From the NCBI RefSeq assembly GCF_009914755.1, contig NC_060928.1: a DNA stretch of 64,000 nt; one strand, given 5' to 3'. The notes below the pieces were generated by a model. That model was given only the letters and a program-made list of their open reading frames with translations. It was not told the DNA's origin and did not search any database. Origin of the DNA: the human T2T-CHM13v2.0 reference genome, Homo sapiens. Of this stretch, positions 1 through 12,554 are shown piece after piece. The position numbers and the translations under genes are program-made. Position 1 is the first letter of the stretch; the number at the start of each line of letters is the position of its first letter.

Positions 1-185
1 ATTACTTGGGTACCTCATATAAGTGGAATCAAACTATGTTTGCTCATATTTGACTGGTTTATTTCACTTACTGCAATATTATCCATGTTGTCACCAATGG
101 CAGGATGGTCTTTCTTTTTAAAGATTGAATAATATGGCACTATATGTGTATATCACATTATTGTATCTATTATCTGTTGACTGAC
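1..185 (-). mobile_element. Old L1 (L1MB-type) 3' region fragment, inverted relative to the adjacent piece
   Basis: TACCTCATATAAGTGGAATC...TTATTTCACTTA...ATCCATGTTGT...AATGGCAGGAT matches the reverse complement of the L1MA/MB ORF2-end/3'UTR region. Confidence 0.75.
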
Positions 186-425
186 ATTTATTGAGAGAAT
201 ACATCTCACGTTAAGTGTTCTTACTATATAAAAACACAAAATACAAACAAAAAACAACAAAAACATTCAAACCACAAAGGAACATAAAGAAAATTTGGAA
301 GTGATGGATGTATCTATTAACTTGATTGGGGTGGTGGTTTCATGAATGTATTCATGTGTCCAAGCTCATCAAATTGTACAATTAAATATTTTTGTATGTT
401 AAATATACCTCAAAGAAGCTGTTTT
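186..425 (+). mobile_element. L1MB-type 3' terminus
   Basis: GTTAAGTGTTCTTAC...TTTGGAAGTGATGGATGTATCTATTAACTTGATTGGGGTGGTGGTTTCATG...CTCATCAAATTGTAC...TATACCTCAAAGAAGCTG is the characteristic L1MB 3' end. Confidence 0.75.
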
Positions 426-1039
426 TTCCCCCAAAAAGTAATGTTTTCAATAGAAGGTGAGAAATTTAGTTCAGCTGTGTTCTGGAAAAAGACAAAGTAT
501 TTTGGTTAATAGATAAAATCCCCACCACATCTTCTCCATCTATAACCAAGTGCTTTTGCAGAAACACTCTTCAAGTGGTAGTGCCAGAGCAAAATTCTCA
601 TGATTAATAGTCTGACTCTTTTGCTTTCTCAGGACCCAAGACAATTTTTAAAACCTTGATAATTATAGATAATGGTGCCTCCTGCTTCAGATAACTCTCA
701 GCATCTCAGATGATTTTTACTGAGTACAAGAAAAAGTCTCAGACTGTTCCTCATTCAAAGTGGTCCCAGAAGTCAAGAGATTGGTGGATATTTGGGGAGG
801 GTACCCAGGCTTTGTCATTCTTTATTCTTTTATTAGTAGGCAGTAAGTATAGCAGGTAAAAATTTACCTGACTTGGATTGGCCATGCAGTAAATGTTATA
901 TCTAGGTTAGCCAATATCCTTATTGTCTTTAATTGATTTGAAAAAATAATGCCTTTTTGTCCCTTCTGCTGATAACAAGGATAATATTAGGCTGAGTGTA
1001 AGCAGAATAGAAGCAACAGACTTTTATGAGAAAGGGAGG

Positions 1040-1394
1040 CGTATTAGTTCGTTTTCATGATGCTCATAAAGAAATACCTGAGACTGGGAAGAAAAGGAGG
1101 TTTAATTGAACTTATAGTTCCACATGGCTGAGGAGGCCTCAGAATCATGGCAGGAGGTGAAAGGTACTTCTTACATGGTGGTGGCAAGAGAAAATGAGGA
1201 AGATGCAACAGTGGAAACCCCTGATAAAACCATCAGAACTTGTGAGACTTATCCACTGCCACGAGAACAGTGCGGGAGGAATTACCCCCATGATTCAAAT
1301 TATCTCCCACTGGGTCCCTCCCACAACACGCGGTAATTATGGGAGTATAATTCATGATGAGATTTGGGTGGGGACACAGAGCCAAACCATATCA
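1040..1394 (-). mobile_element. THE1A-like solo LTR (ERVL-MaLR)
   Basis: (C)GTATTAG...GAGACTGGGAAGAAAAGGAGGTTTAATTG...GCCAAACCATATCA; perfect 5-bp TSD GGAGG at 1035-1039 and 1395-1399. Confidence 0.93.
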
Positions 1395-1777
1395 GGAGGA
1401 GCTTTGAGAAAGAAGAAAAAAATGTGTAAGCTAAGTGAAAAAGAAGAGGAAGAAAAGTCAGAAAATGGAAGAAAAAACAATGAACGATGTAAGAGGAAGA
1501 GAACAGAGAAGGGATAAAAATTAGGTACAATACAAGACATTTCAATAACCGGAATGTTCCTAATAATGCAGGATCCTATGTGCTGTATTTTTGTGCACTA
1601 ACTCTCCCTACCTTTATTGATATTCCTTTTTGCTTACCCCTGGCTTATATATCATTTGGGAAGTCTTGAAGGATTACTTTTATTTTTGTAATCTACCTGA
1701 TGACTGAAGTGAGGGTATTAATATATACATAAATAGTAAATGAGTTGCTCTAGGAATCTACTTAATTACTACCTGCC

Positions 1778-4180
1778 CATTGAAGAAACAGGCCTCAAAA
1801 TAATAAGAACCTTTTATGACAAACCCATAGCCAATATCATACTGAACAGGCAAAAGCTGAAAGCATTCCCCTTGAAAACTGGCACAAGACAAGGATGTCT
1901 TCTCTCACCACTCCTATTCAACATTGTATTGGAAGTTCTGACCAGGGCAATCAGGCAAGAGAAAGAAACAAAGAGTATTCACATAGGAACAATGGAATTC
2001 AAATTGACTTTGTTTGCAGATGACCTGATTCTATATCTAGAATATCCCATTGTCTCAGCCCCAAAGCTTCTTAAGCTGATAAACAACTTCAGCAAAGTCT
2101 CAGGATACAAAATCAATGTGCAAAAATCATATCATAAGCATTCCTATACACTAAAAACAGACAAGCAGAGAGCCAAATCATTAGTGAACTCCCATTCATA
2201 ATTCCTACAAAGAGAACAAAATACCTAGAAATAAAACCAACAAGGGGAATGAAGGACCTCTTCAAGTAGAACTACAAACCACTGTTCGAGGAAATCAGAG
2301 AGCACACAAACAAATGGAAAAACATTCCATGGTTATGGATAGGAAGAATCAATATCGTGAGAATGGCCACACTGCCCGAAGTAATTTACAGATTCAATGC
2401 TTTTCCCATCAAAACACCATTGACATTCTTTACAGAATTAGAAAAACTATTTTAAAATTTATGTGGAAACAAAAAAGAGCTCATATAGCCAAGATAACCC
2501 TAAGCAAAAAGAACAAAGCTGGAGACATCACGCTACCTGACTTCAAATTATACTACAAGGCTACAGTAACCAAAACAGCATGGTACTGATACAAAAACAG
2601 ACACATAGAACAATCGAACAGAATAGAAAACACAGAACTAAGACTGCACATCTACTACCACCTGATTTTTGATAAACCTGACAAAAATAAAATAGAAATA
2701 CATGTACCATTCAGGACATAGGCATGGGCAAAAATTTCATGACCAAGACATCAAAAGCAATTGCAACGAAAGCAAAAATTGACAAATGGGATCTAATTAA
2801 ACTAAAGAGCTTCTGCACAGCAAAAGAAACTAACATCAGGGAGAACAGACAACCTACAGAATGGGAGGACATTTTTGCCACCTATTTATCTGGCAAAGTT
2901 CTAATATCTGGAATCTATGAGGAATTTAAACAAATTTACAAGAAAATAACAAACAACTCCATTAAAAATTGGGCAAAGGAAATGAACAGACACTTCTCAG
3001 AAGAAGATATTTATATGTCCAAGAAGCATATGAAAAGAAGCTCAGCATGTGTATTGGTCTGTATTCATGCTGCTGATAAAGACATACCCGAGACTGGGAA
3101 GAAAAAGAGGTTTAATTGGACTTACAGTTCCACACGGCTGGGGAGGTTTCAGAATACTGGTGGAGGGCAAAGGGCACTTCTTACGTTGGTGGTGGCAAGA
3201 GAGAATGAGGAGGAAGCAAAGGTGGAAACCCCTGATAAACCCATCAGATCCTGTGAGACTTGTTCACTATCATGAGACTAGCATGGGAAAGACTGGCCCT
3301 TATGGTTCAATTACCTCCCCCTGGGTACCTCCCACAACACATGGAAATTTTGGGAGATACAATTCGAGTTGAGATTTGGGCAGGGACACAGCCAAACTAT
3401 ATCAGCATCACTGATCATTAGAGATACACAAATCAAAACCACAATGAGATACTATCTCACACCAGTCAGAATGACAATGATTAAAAACTCAAGAAGCAAC
3501 GGATGCTGGCAAGGCTGCAGAGAAAAAGGAATACTTTCACACTGCTGGTGGGATTGTAAATTAGTTCAATCATTGTGGAAGACAGTGTGGTGATTCCTTA
3601 AAAACCTAAACACAGAAATACCATTTGACCCAGCAATCCCATTACTAGGTATATCCCCAAAGGAATATAAATCATTCTATTATAAAGATAAATGCATGCA
3701 TGTGTTTATTGCAGTACTATTCACAGTAGCAAAGATGTGGAATCAACCCAAATGCCACCAATGATAAACTGGTTACAGAAAATGTGGTACGTATACATTA
3801 TAGAATACTATGCAACCATACAAAAAGATGAGATCAAATCCTTTGCAGGGACTTGGGTGCAGCTGGAAGCTATTATCCTCAGCAAACTAATGCAGGAACA
3901 GAAAACCAAACACCACATGTTCTTACTCATAAGTGGGAGCTGAACAATGAGAACAAATACACACAGGGAGGGGAACAACATTCATTGGGGCCTGTTGGGA
4001 GGGTGGTGGGAGGAGGGAGAGCATCAGGAAAAATAGCTAATGCATGCTGGGCTTAATACTTAGGTGATGGGTTGATAGGTGCAGCAAACCACTATGACAC
4101 ACATTTACCTATGTAACAAACCTGCACATCCTGCACATGTACCCTGGAACTTAAAATAAAATAAAGTTAAATTAAAAAAA
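1778..4180 (+). mobile_element. 5'-truncated L1PA (about L1PA10-13 type): ORF2 RT to C-terminus plus 3'UTR; interrupted by THE1A; small internal deletion near 2690
   Basis: ORF track gives ORF2p motifs [42 protein letters not shown] and [18 protein letters not shown]; 3'UTR GGAGGGAGAGCATCAGGAAAAATAGC; A-rich tail; degenerate TSD AATTACTACCTGCC (1764-1777) / AATTACTATCTATC (4179-4192). Confidence 0.93.
3050..3404 (-). mobile_element. THE1A solo LTR nested in L1 ORF2
   Basis: TGTATTGG...GCTGCTGATAAAGACATACCCGAGACTGGG...GCCAAACTATATCA; TSD GCATG/GCATC; L1 sequence resumes directly afterwards. Confidence 0.93.
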
Positions 4181-4494
4181 TTACTATCTATCATTTTTCA
4201 GCATGAGCAAATGATAGCACAAATTTATACAGGTCACTTATTTGAATATCACTCATTTATCTAATTAACCCCCACTCCTTCTTGGTCAGGTAGATAAAAT
4301 ATGCATTGTTATTTTAGCAGGAAATGGATGCCCAAAGAAGAACAATATAGTGATGAAACTCACCACTTGGCTGAGAAGTGGAGCTATTTATTTATTTATT
4401 TAACAAATGTTTATTGAGGTACTATTGTGTGGGAGATAATAGAAGGGATACAGAGAATAAAAGATAGTTATTTCCTTTAAGAGGGAGGTGACAA

Positions 4495-4700
4495 ATGAAT
4501 GTTCACTATGTGTCAAGGGCTATGCTAGGTATGTCCCATGCTTTTAATTCTCACACCCGCCCTGCAAGGCAGGACTCTCACAATTTCTCAGATAAGGAAG
4601 GTCAGGAAATTTGTATAATCTGTCTGCAGAGACAAAAGTAATTAAGTGGAGAAGGTGGTATTTGAGCTCGGATGTCACTGAGTTCTGAGCTCAACTTTCT
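4495..4700 (-). mobile_element. MIR SINE (preceded by a short L2 3' remnant at about 4385-4480)
   Basis: ACTATGTGTCAAGG..CTATGCTAGG...TTTAATTCTCACA..CCCTGCAAGGCAGG...CAGATAAGGAA...GGTATTTGAGCTC resembles the reverse complement of MIR. Confidence 0.6.
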
Positions 4701-5072
4701 TCCATCATGTTGTTGCTTTTTATTGCAAGGAGCTCGTCTTATACCTATAAAAACAGAATTAACAAATCAAGACCACCATTTATTTCCTTAGACCCACAAG
4801 TTAGTCAAACTAAGTGTCATTCCCTAAGCATTCTGCGTTCTCTTGTCTCTTTATCTTTGCTCATGTCTTTTCCTAAGCTTAAAACGCCCTCCAGTCTCCA
4901 CCATTTATTACAGTGCTGTCCGTTTATGAAGACTCAGTTTAAAACCTATCTCTTTCATGAGGCTGAAACCTACTCTCATTTTTCCAGCAGGAATGATTTC
5001 TCCCTCCTTAAAACTTGTATTTATCATGAAAGATAATTTGCTTAGTTGTTTTTGCACTTCTTATTGTGTCTT

Positions 5073-5590
5073 TGTAGTAGGTAATCTCAAGGACATCCCT
5101 CAATGATCTCCATCTTCTATTGTTATACCTAGTGTACTTATTGTAATCCTCTCTCCTTGAATGTGGGCTGGATTTATTGATCTAGTCTAAAGAACAGTAT
5201 ATAACAGAAGTTTTGGGATGTCACTTCTGACATTAGCTAACAAAAAGGTTGTGACTCCTGTGTTAAGCTCTCACTTTCACTTTCTTTTGGATTTTTTGCT
5301 CTGGAGAAAGGAAGTTGTTATGTAGAGAGGTCCATGTGGCAAGGGATCATGGTGAGTGAGTGAGTGAGTGAGTGAGGAAGTAGATTCCCCCTCATTGAGC
5401 TTTCAGATGAGACTTCAGCCCTAGTTGACAGCTTGTCTGCTACCTCATGAGAGGCCTTGATACAGAGGCACTCAGCTAATATGTAGCCAGATTCTGACCC
5501 ACAGAAATTATACAATTATGATAAATATTTGTTGTACTATATGACTACATTTTGGAGCAATTTATTATGAATCAATAGATAGCCAATATA
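5073..5590 (+). mobile_element. MLT1F-like LTR (ERVL-MaLR) with a short (GAGT)n run
   Basis: TGTAGTAGG...TGAATGTGGGCTGGA...GATGTCACTTC...GAGAGGTCCATGTGGCAAGG...CAGATGAGACTTCAGCCC...CTGACCCACAGAAA...AATAGATAGCCAATATA. Confidence 0.8.
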
Positions 5591-6225
5591 GTACTACTAG
5601 ACAGCAAATGGCTTATAAGTTGGAGTCTTTTTCTTCTTTGTCTTTATCTGCATAATCAAGCAGGACATTTTGCATTAGTGGCAGGAAGAAATACCCTCCC
5701 TCATGTTTATGATACTGGTGAGAAAAATTTGTAATAAAAAAGATCTTATTAGAATTGATAACATCTCTCCTAGATAGCAAAGAAAGAGCTAGTCTCAATT
5801 ACTATGGTGGCTCAGGGAAGGGCCAAAAACATCTAGTCCTGAAATATCAAGATTCTTGTTTCATAAAGGACAGCACCTCAAGTCAGGTTGATAGAAGAAA
5901 TGTCTTTTCTTCACAAATGATTAGATTTGATTATCCTCCGGGAAAAATTCTTGGTTACCTTGGCATGTGTTTGTTTATGAGATAAAGTAATGAGAAAACC
6001 AGTTGCAGTTCACCCTGACAGGGTGGAGGAAACAGAATTGTGGAAATATCTTTGCTTTTGCTCTTGACACCAGATCTCACCTTTTCCCTTCTCCCTCCTT
6101 TCCTGTGTTTGCAGCTGAGCACCTCAATTAACACCTCAATAAAGCCTGGGGACTTTAGTGTTGAAGCCTCAGGAGAAGCTACCAAGAATTCTCCTTTTTC
6201 CAGTGGGGTAGTGCAGTTTCCCAAG

Positions 6226-6625
6226 TGTGTTAGTTCATTTTGTGCTGCTATAACAGAATACCAAAGACTGGATAATTTATAAACATTAAAATAGAAATTT
6301 ATTTCTTATGGTTCTGGAGGATGAGAGGTACAAGATCAAGGTGCCAGCATATTTGGTGTCTGGTGAGGGCTTGGTTTCCACTTTCAGGATGGTGCCTTGA
6401 ATGCTGCATCCTCTGGAGAAAAGGAATGTTTTTCCTCACATGGCAGAGGAACAGAAGAGAGCAAACTCACTCTTAGAAGTCCTCCTTATAGTGACATTAA
6501 ATCCATCCATTAGGATGGAGTCCTCATGACCTAAACACCACTCATTAGACTGCATCCAACTCTGTTCCATTGGGGATTAAGTTTTGCCATGAGTTTTGGA
6601 GGGAACAAACATTCAAACCATGGCA
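6226..6625 (-). mobile_element. MST-type solo LTR (MSTC/MSTD-like)
   Basis: TGTGTTAGTTCATTTTGTGCTGCTATAACAGAATACC...CAAGATCAAGGTGCCAGCA...ACATTCAAACCATGGCA; TSD CCAAG/CCATG. Confidence 0.88.
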
Positions 6626-8369
6626 CCATGGGAAGGAGTAAGATCACCAACCTAGCTTGATGAAGGGAGGGACTACTTGAGATGAAAAAGTAGCTAAGAG
6701 ATGGTAAATATTCCTGTATGCTAATTTATAATCTTTTGTCAAAAGTCAGGGACTGCAAGCCCTCTTCCTCAGGGCACAAAGCAAAGGTGAATCTAAAGGA
6801 AAGTTACAACCACTGTTCCTTCTGGACCATCCCTCTTTTAAGAGTTATTTGGCCATTACATAAAGATTGAATCAGATAAACCTGGGCAGGTTAGGATAAA
6901 GGTATTCAGGAAGGTGTGGCCACTATAATGCTTCCCAAGCATCTTGCAGGAGCCTCCAGGAGCAAGGTGAAAGACAGACTGTATCTTTGCTCCTTTTATT
7001 CCTCAACTCCCAACTCTGGGGATTATTAGAAGAAGTCTTTTAGATTAGTGCTCAAATTCCTTATTTCATTGTAGACTTGTGGGTAACAGTTTCTGGACCA
7101 ACTCCTTGCTGTCAGCACAGGAAGGACCTATGAGCTGACAGTGGCTCCAAACGTTCCAAAGGCACAAGGAACAGTGTGATTATATCCCCCAATTTCTCTC
7201 TTTAGGTCAGTGGTCCCAAACTGGAGGCATTAGCACTTTTGGAATGTGCACCTCTAGAATGAGTATGTGGCAAGAATGATTTAAAAAATTAATTTCTTTA
7301 TAGGGTTTTGGCTTAAAGTCTGACTGTATGAGGGCATGTCAAGAAGAGGTAAGAAAATTTATCTTAAAAATTAACCTTAAAACTGCATTGATGAAAACCC
7401 TTATTTTGTTTTGCCGTGTGAGTTTATTACCACTGCTGTAGCTCAAGTTCTCATGCAGGGTAAAGAAATGTTCTGTTTTTTCCAATATGTTCTCATTTGT
7501 TTGCTGCCAATGTTTTTCACTATTATGAACATATTTGTTGTGTGTGTGTATGTGTGTGTCTGTGTGTTTTAATTAAATCTGGCTTTGTCAGGCTAACAAG
7601 TTTCTCATTATTGGCAAATACAGAAATACTAAGGTAATGTGCTATTTGTTGACCACGGAAAAGTGAAGGATTAGATGTTTTGTGCTGGGTTGGGGGGGAC
7701 CTCAATTAATAACCTTCTGCTCCTTATGAAAAATCTGTAGAATATTATCTTAAAAGTAATCATAGAAAAAACTTCAAGAAATGTTTAAAAAAGAGAGAGA
7801 GAAAAAGAAAAAAAGCTTATTTAACCAAAATAAACACAGATTGAAGGAACAATCCAAAAGAATTATCTTCATTATTCCACAGCCAACAGTAAAGGCTTAT
7901 ATCCCATTATGGTAATGAGCAAACCTTTGAACTTTGCATTGTTCACTGCCAGGCATCAGCACTTAAGGCTTAGGCAAACAATGTTGTACAATTGCTTTAG
8001 GGAGTTGCTAGGATAATACCTCGGCTTGTGTTTCTGAGTAGGCTTGATCCTTCCTTCCCAGTCTGCATTTCCCAAAGCAGAGGCTGGAAAGGCATAACAC
8101 TGGATTAAAAAGTAGACTGTTAGGAGTCACACATCAAGATTCTCTCATGCTGTAGTACTTCCCCTTGTTGGTAAGCGGTGGATGGACATGGAGGCAGGTG
8201 ATTTGCCCTGTCAAGTCTTGATAGTGCTATTAATTCTAAGTCTCTGCAAACCTTTTTGAGCTCATATAGAGAATATCCAAATACTCAGATGGAGTCTTAA
8301 CTGAAGCATGCAACTTATCCAAACATTTGAAGTGGCCAACTGGGAAAAGTGTACCACAGGGGAAACCAC

Positions 8370-8520
8370 AGTACTTTGGAATTAGATGGGCCTGGGTTTG
8401 AATCTTACCTAGAACAAATTATTCATCTTTCTGTTTTCCCCTTTGCAATATGGGTGACATAATAGTATCATGCCCCATAAGTCTGTGTCTGATGAAGAGC
8501 AAATGCTCAGTAAGTAGAAG
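8370..8520 (+). mobile_element. MIR fragment
   Basis: TTTGGAATTAGATGGGCCTGGGTTTGAATC...TGTTTTCCCCTTTGCAATATGGG..ATAATAGTA. Confidence 0.55.
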
Positions 8521-8964
8521 TTTCTAAGGAAATGGTCAATCCAATCATATAAGATTGTTCCAATGACTAATTGAATATATTTAGTTTTAAGGCTGAACTT
8601 CCTGGAAAGTTTGATTAGAAATCTGATTGGATATATGTGGGTATGTAGTTTTAATGAAAAAAAAAAATCAGCCAAAACCAATATTTGCCTTGATGGGTTG
8701 TAATGCTCATTGCAAATACTCGATTTATTGCTTGGATTTATTATTTATTAAATTATGACATTAGCTACATCTTTAATCTTAGAAGTCCTTAGTTGGCTTG
8801 AGAGGAGCGATGTGTCTCTCTGATTTTCTAATTGTCTAATCATGGAAGAATTTGAGTATATAAATAAGATTTCATCAAAGCTATTATTTATTATTTGAAT
8901 CCTGGGATTTTTAAAAACATAATTTAGGTATATCATAGAGGCTAAGATAGATTCTGTACCACTC

Positions 8965-9392
8965 AAGTGGTATGTCCTGTTTTTCCTGGAAATTCAGCCA
9001 GATTTTGCCTCCCAGCATCCCTTTGCAGTTAGTTGAGGCCATGTGACTGAATTCTAGCCAGTGGATTGTGAATGAAAATGTTATGCTCCACCATCTGCTT
9101 GCCTGGCTAATTGAAACTTGTATGTGCTTCTCCATGCTCCTTTTTTGCTTCTAGCTGGACTGAGTGCCCATGACCTCAGGGACATCTTGGAAGCTATATG
9201 TAGAAGATGGAAAAGCCTCTGTCATCTCCATCAATTTAATCTCCAAATAACTACTTAGAAAAGGGACAGCTTACTAACTCCTTCATTGCCCAGTACTATT
9301 AGGTGAGTAAGAAATAAACCTCTTTTATATTAGACAAAATATATATTTTGGGGCTTTTTTGTTCCAGCAGTTAGCTTGACCTCACTATTATG
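8965..9392 (+). mobile_element. MLT1I/J-like LTR
   Basis: CCCAGCATCCCTTTGCAGTTAG..GGCCATGTGACTGAATTCTAGCCA...GAAGATGG...GTGAGTAAGAAATAAACC...TTTGTTCCAGCAGTTAGC. Confidence 0.7.
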
Positions 9393-10943
9393 TGTATTCT
9401 ATTACCATAGACTAGGGAGTGCCTTTAAGTTTTATCTATTCAGATATTCTGCCTTTGTCAGTAACAGGATGTCTACTGGGTTTCATGAAGAAATTGAGAT
9501 TGAGGAAAGGCAGAAAGAGGCTTCAAAGAATAGTTAATATATTTCATAGCCACATTTTCTCAGCTGATAGTACTTCATAATGTTAAAACTTCTTCTCAAG
9601 TTCTTTGAGATTGTTTCCCTTTGTGCCTGGTACAGAACTGTCCATATTACTCATATGAGTGAAAATTACCATTGAGGTTGCTTCTGTCTGTTTGGGATGA
9701 TATAAAGAACAGTTACCAAGATCAAAGTAGAATTTCTGGCTGAGAGAAAAAAGTGATTTAGAGAAAGGGAGAGAGAGCAAGTGGGAGTTCACTAGGTATT
9801 GACTGTGTGCTAAGATGGTGACAGCTGAGTGAAAACCCAAATGTTAAAAAAGTACTTTCATGCTACTGAATGCTGGGTGCATTGTCAAGGGAGAAGGGTG
9901 AGGCCTTGGCACACATCAGATATGTGACTTTGGCAAATCACTAAAATTCTCTGGGCTGAGTTTTCTAATTATGAAGGGGGATCTGACCAGATAATTTCTA
10001 AGATGCCTTTACTCTAAATATTTGACCCCAAGCCATATGAGTAAAAATTTTATGTGCTAATAGCCATATATTGGTGCTGTAGTATAATAAACAGGTGAAT
10101 ACGCCGTCTTCTCCCTATTCTTCCACAAATACTCCACGGCTTATTAGTATACAGGCATAATATAATTTTTCAGGGCTTGTTGGTGATGCTCAGTGACATC
10201 TTGTGCAGATCCACACGGGCAGGGCATCTGGGGCAGCTACATTCAATTTTAAATAAAACAAAGCAAAGTAGCAGCTGTTTGGCATTAGAGGGAATTTTAA
10301 GACTGCATTCCGATTCCACCAAGGGAAGGAGCAAACAAAAGTGAATAACATTTTAAGCCAGTGAGTCTGAAATATTTAATGCCATCTGCATTCTCTCAGT
10401 AAGTGGCCATCACCTGCAATGTACTCTCATTTTCCCTTAAAAGCAGAATTGACAATAATTTACGATAGGATAAAAGATGCATTGGCATTCAAAATACTGC
10501 ATTCTTAGTTCATCTTCAGTGCTCTTGCCATAATTATGAGTTACTCATCTAAGTCTGTTTTCCATTATAGCTAAAAACATTATAACAGGAGATTCAAATT
10601 CTACATGGTGGGAGCAAAAGTGGATCTTGTTTTTCTATAGCAACATGGTTGACCTTCATAGTGAAGTTTGAATCTGACAGCATTCATGCTCAAATGTCCA
10701 AGCCCTGCATTTCTGATACCATGGAATCACAAGCACGCTGTGTGATACTGTGCAGCATTTGATCCTGCCTGACTTCTGTGTCTCAGCCTATCAACGAAGA
10801 TATTTATAGCTGCCTTATGCCAACGTACTTTTTAAAGCTGGGTAATACCAGTGTAAGATGGTCACATTTATCTTGAAAGCCGAGGTAGGGTACCATGTGT
10901 GCTCCCTGAACTACTGTCTCCTTGTTCCTTTTGTTTTTTCCTA

Positions 10944-11520
10944 ACTCATTCATTCATTCATTGAACAAATATTTCTTGAGAGGTGGCCCTATGCTAGATA
11001 TTTTAGTAAGTGTTGGAGATACAGGGGCAAATAGGATAGACCTATTTCCTCTCTTTACCATCTAGTGCAGAAAATAGACACTGAACAATTAGTTACAGGG
11101 ATAATAAATGAAGAGTTTGCAAAGCAAGAGAGAGTGGCTGAGCCTTAAGGGTTGGGTGGAAATTAGTCAGGCAAAGAGCGTAGAGAGGGCATTTGAAGAG
11201 GTAAGGACAGCTCCAGCAAGTAAATTTATGTAGAATGTATTCAGTAAACATATGTGTGATTCCTTCAGGGGCTTTGGTGTCTGTGTCTTGTTGGAGTATG
11301 AGAACAAGTCAGTAGGTTCAGGACATGAGCCTGGAGGGACCGGCAGCGGTCTGATCCCAGATGCTCTGATGTGCCGTTTTGGGGAGTTTAGACTATATCT
11401 GGTAGATAAACGTCATTGAAGGGTTAAACAGGAAAGTCGGATGATATTATTATCTTTTATAAGACTCAGTGGTAGGGAAATTGGATTTGAGGGAATAGAC
11501 GAGAGAGCAGGACTTTCATA
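10944..11520 (-). mobile_element. L2 3' region
   Basis: CATTCATTCATTCATTGAACAAATATTT...TGTTGGAGATACAG...TCTAGT..GAAAATAGACA is the reverse complement of the L2 3' end. Confidence 0.7.
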
Positions 11521-11619
11521 AGAAGCTTTATCTCTTCTGTGGAAGCAGTCACAGATCTACACATGCTTCTCTCTGACGGAAAGGCTGCCCGTGAGCCTCT
11601 TCTAATTTGTGCTGGGTGG

Positions 11620-12086
<467 letters not shown>

Positions 12087-12197
12087 CATTATATGATTCT
12101 TATGCCTTTGCTTCCTCACAGCTTGTCTCCCACTTATATGTGAGAACATATGATATTTGGTTTTCCATTCCTGTATTACTTCACTTAGAAAGACCAT

Positions 12198-12243
12198 CTC
12201 CAGGGCGACAGAGCGAGACTCCATCTCAAAAAAAAAAAAAAAA
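12198..12243 (+). mobile_element. Severely 5'-truncated Alu (last ~30 nt plus A16 tail)
   Basis: CTCCAGGGCGACAGAGCGAGACTCCATCTC followed by an uninterrupted A-run, inserted in the L1PB1 sequence CACTTAGAA|TGATGGTCTCC. Confidence 0.85.
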
Positions 12244-12554
12244 GAATGATGGTCTCCAATTCCATCCAGTTTGCTGCGAATGCCAATATTTAATTCCTTT
12301 TTATGGCTGAGTAGCATTTCGTGGTGTATACACACCACAATTTTTTTTTATTATACTTTAAGTTCTGGTGTACATGTGCAGAATGTGCATGTTTTATTAC
12401 ATAGGTATACATGTGCCATGGTGGTTTGCTGCACCCATCAACCCGTCACCCACATTAGGTATTTCTCCTAATGCTATCCCACCCCTAGCCCCCCACCCCA
12501 CATCAGGCCCTGGTGTATGATGTTCCCCTCCCTGTGTCCATGTGTTCTCCTTGT

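Noticed and set aside
615-848. Possible + strand exon 633-842
   Set aside because: Stops in all frames, a weak exonic side of the donor and no further support
6081-6142. Strong + strand acceptor (…TGTTTGCAG at 6113) followed by AATAAA
   Set aside because: It would give an implausibly short terminal exon, and there is no partner donor or other support
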